From Octopus sinensis (Eukaryota), in assembly GCF_006345805.1 (NCBI RefSeq), contig NC_042999.1:27342001-27406000 (forward strand): a stretch of DNA of 64,000 nucleotides, in the 5' to 3' direction. The notes beneath the pieces are model-generated. The model was given only the letters and a program-made list of their open reading frames with translations. It was not told where the DNA came from and ran no database searches. Numbering within the stretch: the stretch's first letter is position 1; the number at the start of each line of letters is the position of its first letter. Below, piece by piece: positions 61,211-64,000 of this stretch. Position numbers and translations under genes: made by a program.

Positions 61211-64000
61211 TGCGTGTAATTGAAATCATGATTTATTTTCGTATGTTATCGAAATAATTCGAGAAGATCTAGGGGCTGAATCACTGTACTCTCTGGTTAT
61301 AAACCGAGTTAATGAGTTAGCGGGATTGTGTGTGAGTAGTTCGGTAAATATAGGAGTATAGTCAGCAAGTATCTTTTTGTATATGAATCGCTGATACTGA
61401 AGCGTGTTGAATATCATGCGATTCAGTGAAGAAGTTAAGGTGAAATGACTGAGAAAGCATTCTTTAGTTGAGTGAGAGTATGTGAGAGTGTGTCTATGTG
61501 AGAGTAGGTACATGTGAATGTTTGTATACTTGAGTGTACTTGTATGAGTGTGTCGGTATGAGTGTTTATGTGAGTGTAGGTGTATGTGCGTCTAATATCT
61601 CTTTATATGCGTCTCCATGTGACTGTTGGAATGGTTTCACTTTTATTTTCAGTCTACGTTTTATCAGTAAGAATAAAGTGGAAAACTAATTTATATTTGA
61701 ATTAATTAACAAAATAATGAATAAATGACATATATTTATAGAACGCGAAAAAGTTTAAATGTCAGAGTCAGAAAGACTGCAGATTAGGGCGATGGAAATT
61801 GTAAGAAATTACTGTATCCCATGCATAACAGGAGCCACCGTAATTTAATTGACAGAAACACAGAAGAATAATGAGTTCCAGGTCAGCTCTTTCGTAAACT
61901 ATGAGAAACAAACCAAAAAGATTCATGTAATGTCTTTGAGTGCTGACGTTGTATTAACAAAATGTAGAACAATCTATAACTTCTGGGGAAATGATTGTTA
62001 GCTGAACAGGAAACTTGCGATAAGTTTGGAAACAGCAGGAGAACAATGCCAAGAAATTTGAGGGAATAGGAAAAATGGTAATTATCCCTTTCTGACCAAT
62101 ACTAACCTCTTTATACAATTTCATATAAAATTATTGTTGCCGTTGTCATGACTCTTGCTGTTGTTTTTACTACTGTTTTTTTCCGAGTTTTCTGTTATTG
62201 TCATTGTTGTTCTTTTATGTTGTTGCTGTTGTTTTTGTAACTTGTTGTTATTATTTATTAGTTTCCAGTTGTCCGTGGTAGAGAAGACCTATAATCAAGG
62301 CCAGCAGAGGTATGAGCAAAACAAAATACATTACAGGCTGTATTTTTTGTAATTATATATCTAAAAGTACACTATTAAAACTGCTCGTTTTTTAAAGACA
62401 ATAAAAAGTCGTTTCAAGAACATTTATCTGCTTTTTCGCACAAGTCGAGTAATTAGATAGAGTCTAACTGACTGATTCTTGTATTCAGGTATATACATGG
62501 GAAGTGTTCTGTCAAATAGACAGCACACTTCCCACGTATATTTCTATTATTTCAACGATAATAAGCAAAGGTCCACCATTCTACAGAAATGTTGGTGAAT
62601 AACAAGCCAATAAATTAGACATACATACATATATATATATATTATTTATATTTATATTTATATATATGCATATTAATATATATGTGTGTATGTATATATA
62701 TTATTTATATTTTTGCATATGAATATATATGTGTGTATATAAATATATATATATTCTACTTTCTAAAAATAAGGTCTCATTTTCCTCATATGACCGATCT
62801 TCTTACGAAAAGACAAGAAACGTTAAGTAATGTATTTGTACATCCTAGATCCATACTGCTTAAGTTTATTTTTTCTCGTACTACCCCGTTTACCAGTTCA
62901 CCTTTCTGAATTGCCTCCACCCAAAGTATTTTTGCGTACAGCACAATGTATTACGTGTCATCTGCAGCCTTATATTTCTTATTAGCCACCTTAAAATCAA
63001 TATTAAAGAAAATCTAGTAAAAGCAGCATGATTAATGATAATAAATTTTAGATTTAAAGGTAATTATTTTTTCATTAATGTCTCGAATTTCTCTCCATTT
63101 AAACATTTGTGCCTAGAAAAACGATATGGTCACAGCTGGAATGCCTTCCATCATAGATATATTTTATTAATGCTAATGAGCAAAAACTACTGAAAATTAT
63201 TATTTGTAATTGTGACCCAACACAAGTTCTTTGGGAAGATCGAAGATGACTTAATTAATTGTATGTAAAGTAATTAATCGTAATTAACTGATGCTATTTT
63301 ATTAATCCTATGAACAACAAAATCAATTTGGGTGCTGGGATTTAATTTCAGTAAACAAAAGGTTATAACTTAGTATGTGCCACTTCAACAACTTAACTTC
63401 GTTTTCTCTTGGTAGATGAATATCTTGAACAAAGCATATTCAATAGCATTCTTTGAACTTCTCAACAATACTGTATTAGGACGAGTGTCAGTATTCGGAA
63501 TACGGTGAAAGCCATCACAATCCCATTTATTTCTATCAATGATATTGAGTTACAAGCATTAGAACTAATTAAAACACGCACAAGAAATTCGTTGTGTGAT
63601 TGGGATATAAATCTACGTTGTAGAATTTCTAAGGAAAAATGGCAAATGCCGTATATCTTAATGCGTTCATTGAAGATAAATGTACATTATAACCCAGTAA
63701 GGTAGTGAACGAAAGAGAACAATATATTATATGTTCCCAAGAACCTAACGATAATAGCTTTATTTTCCTTTCTGCAAAATGAAGGTTAAGACCCAAAATG
63801 GTAGATTCCTCATTCCTGACAACAACTTGCTGTGTCAAACTATTCTATAACCTATCCTAAGAGTGACACTCCCGACGTGTAGAGATTGCTAAATGGTTTC
63901 CAATCCCATTTGATTTTCACGCAGTTAATACTCTTTGACAAAGTAATAAATTCACACAACCCCACCATGCAATTCATAAAATAATCCTAAACCTTCTTAT

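Noticed and set aside
62270-62460. Further Penelope GIY-YIG traces (also about 15080-15180, 20790-21000 and 51880-52080)
   Set aside because: Only one short motif each (for example SFQEHLSAF), which is too little to annotate without a profile search.
63415-63705. Possible host exon after a pyrimidine-rich AG
   Set aside because: All three frames from that AG reach a stop within about 95 bp, and the 66-aa ORF resembles nothing I recognise.

Overview
AT-rich eukaryotic DNA made almost entirely of repeats, with no host gene or functional RNA gene that I can support. The three tRNA-derived SINE families, the dense microsatellites and the TTAGGG-like motif suggest a cephalopod, probably Octopus (inference from recalled family sequences, not a database match). 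Contents: (i) about 30 copies of three SINE families, here called A, B and C, which share and swap modules; (ii) five decayed Tc1/mariner-superfamily elements (one Tc1, three mariner, plus two DD37-spaced maT-like fragments counted as one type) and a hAT-like transposase 3' fragment; (iii) several Penelope-like (GIY-YIG) retroelement remnants, with hammerhead-ribozyme-like motifs at their 3' ends, one with an intact catalytic core at 59141-59202; (iv) three same-strand restriction-like-endonuclease (R4/Dong-type) LINEs inside (TAA)n arrays at 21.9-31.4 kb; (v) two L1/Tx1-type LINE remnants and an RTE 3' fragment; (vi) three non-autonomous Helitron copies; (vii) fold-back elements and a MITE carrying telomere-like repeats. 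All transposon ORFs are broken, and most ORFs in the supplied track are microsatellite translations. Coordinates were counted by hand; ends of decayed elements are approximate.
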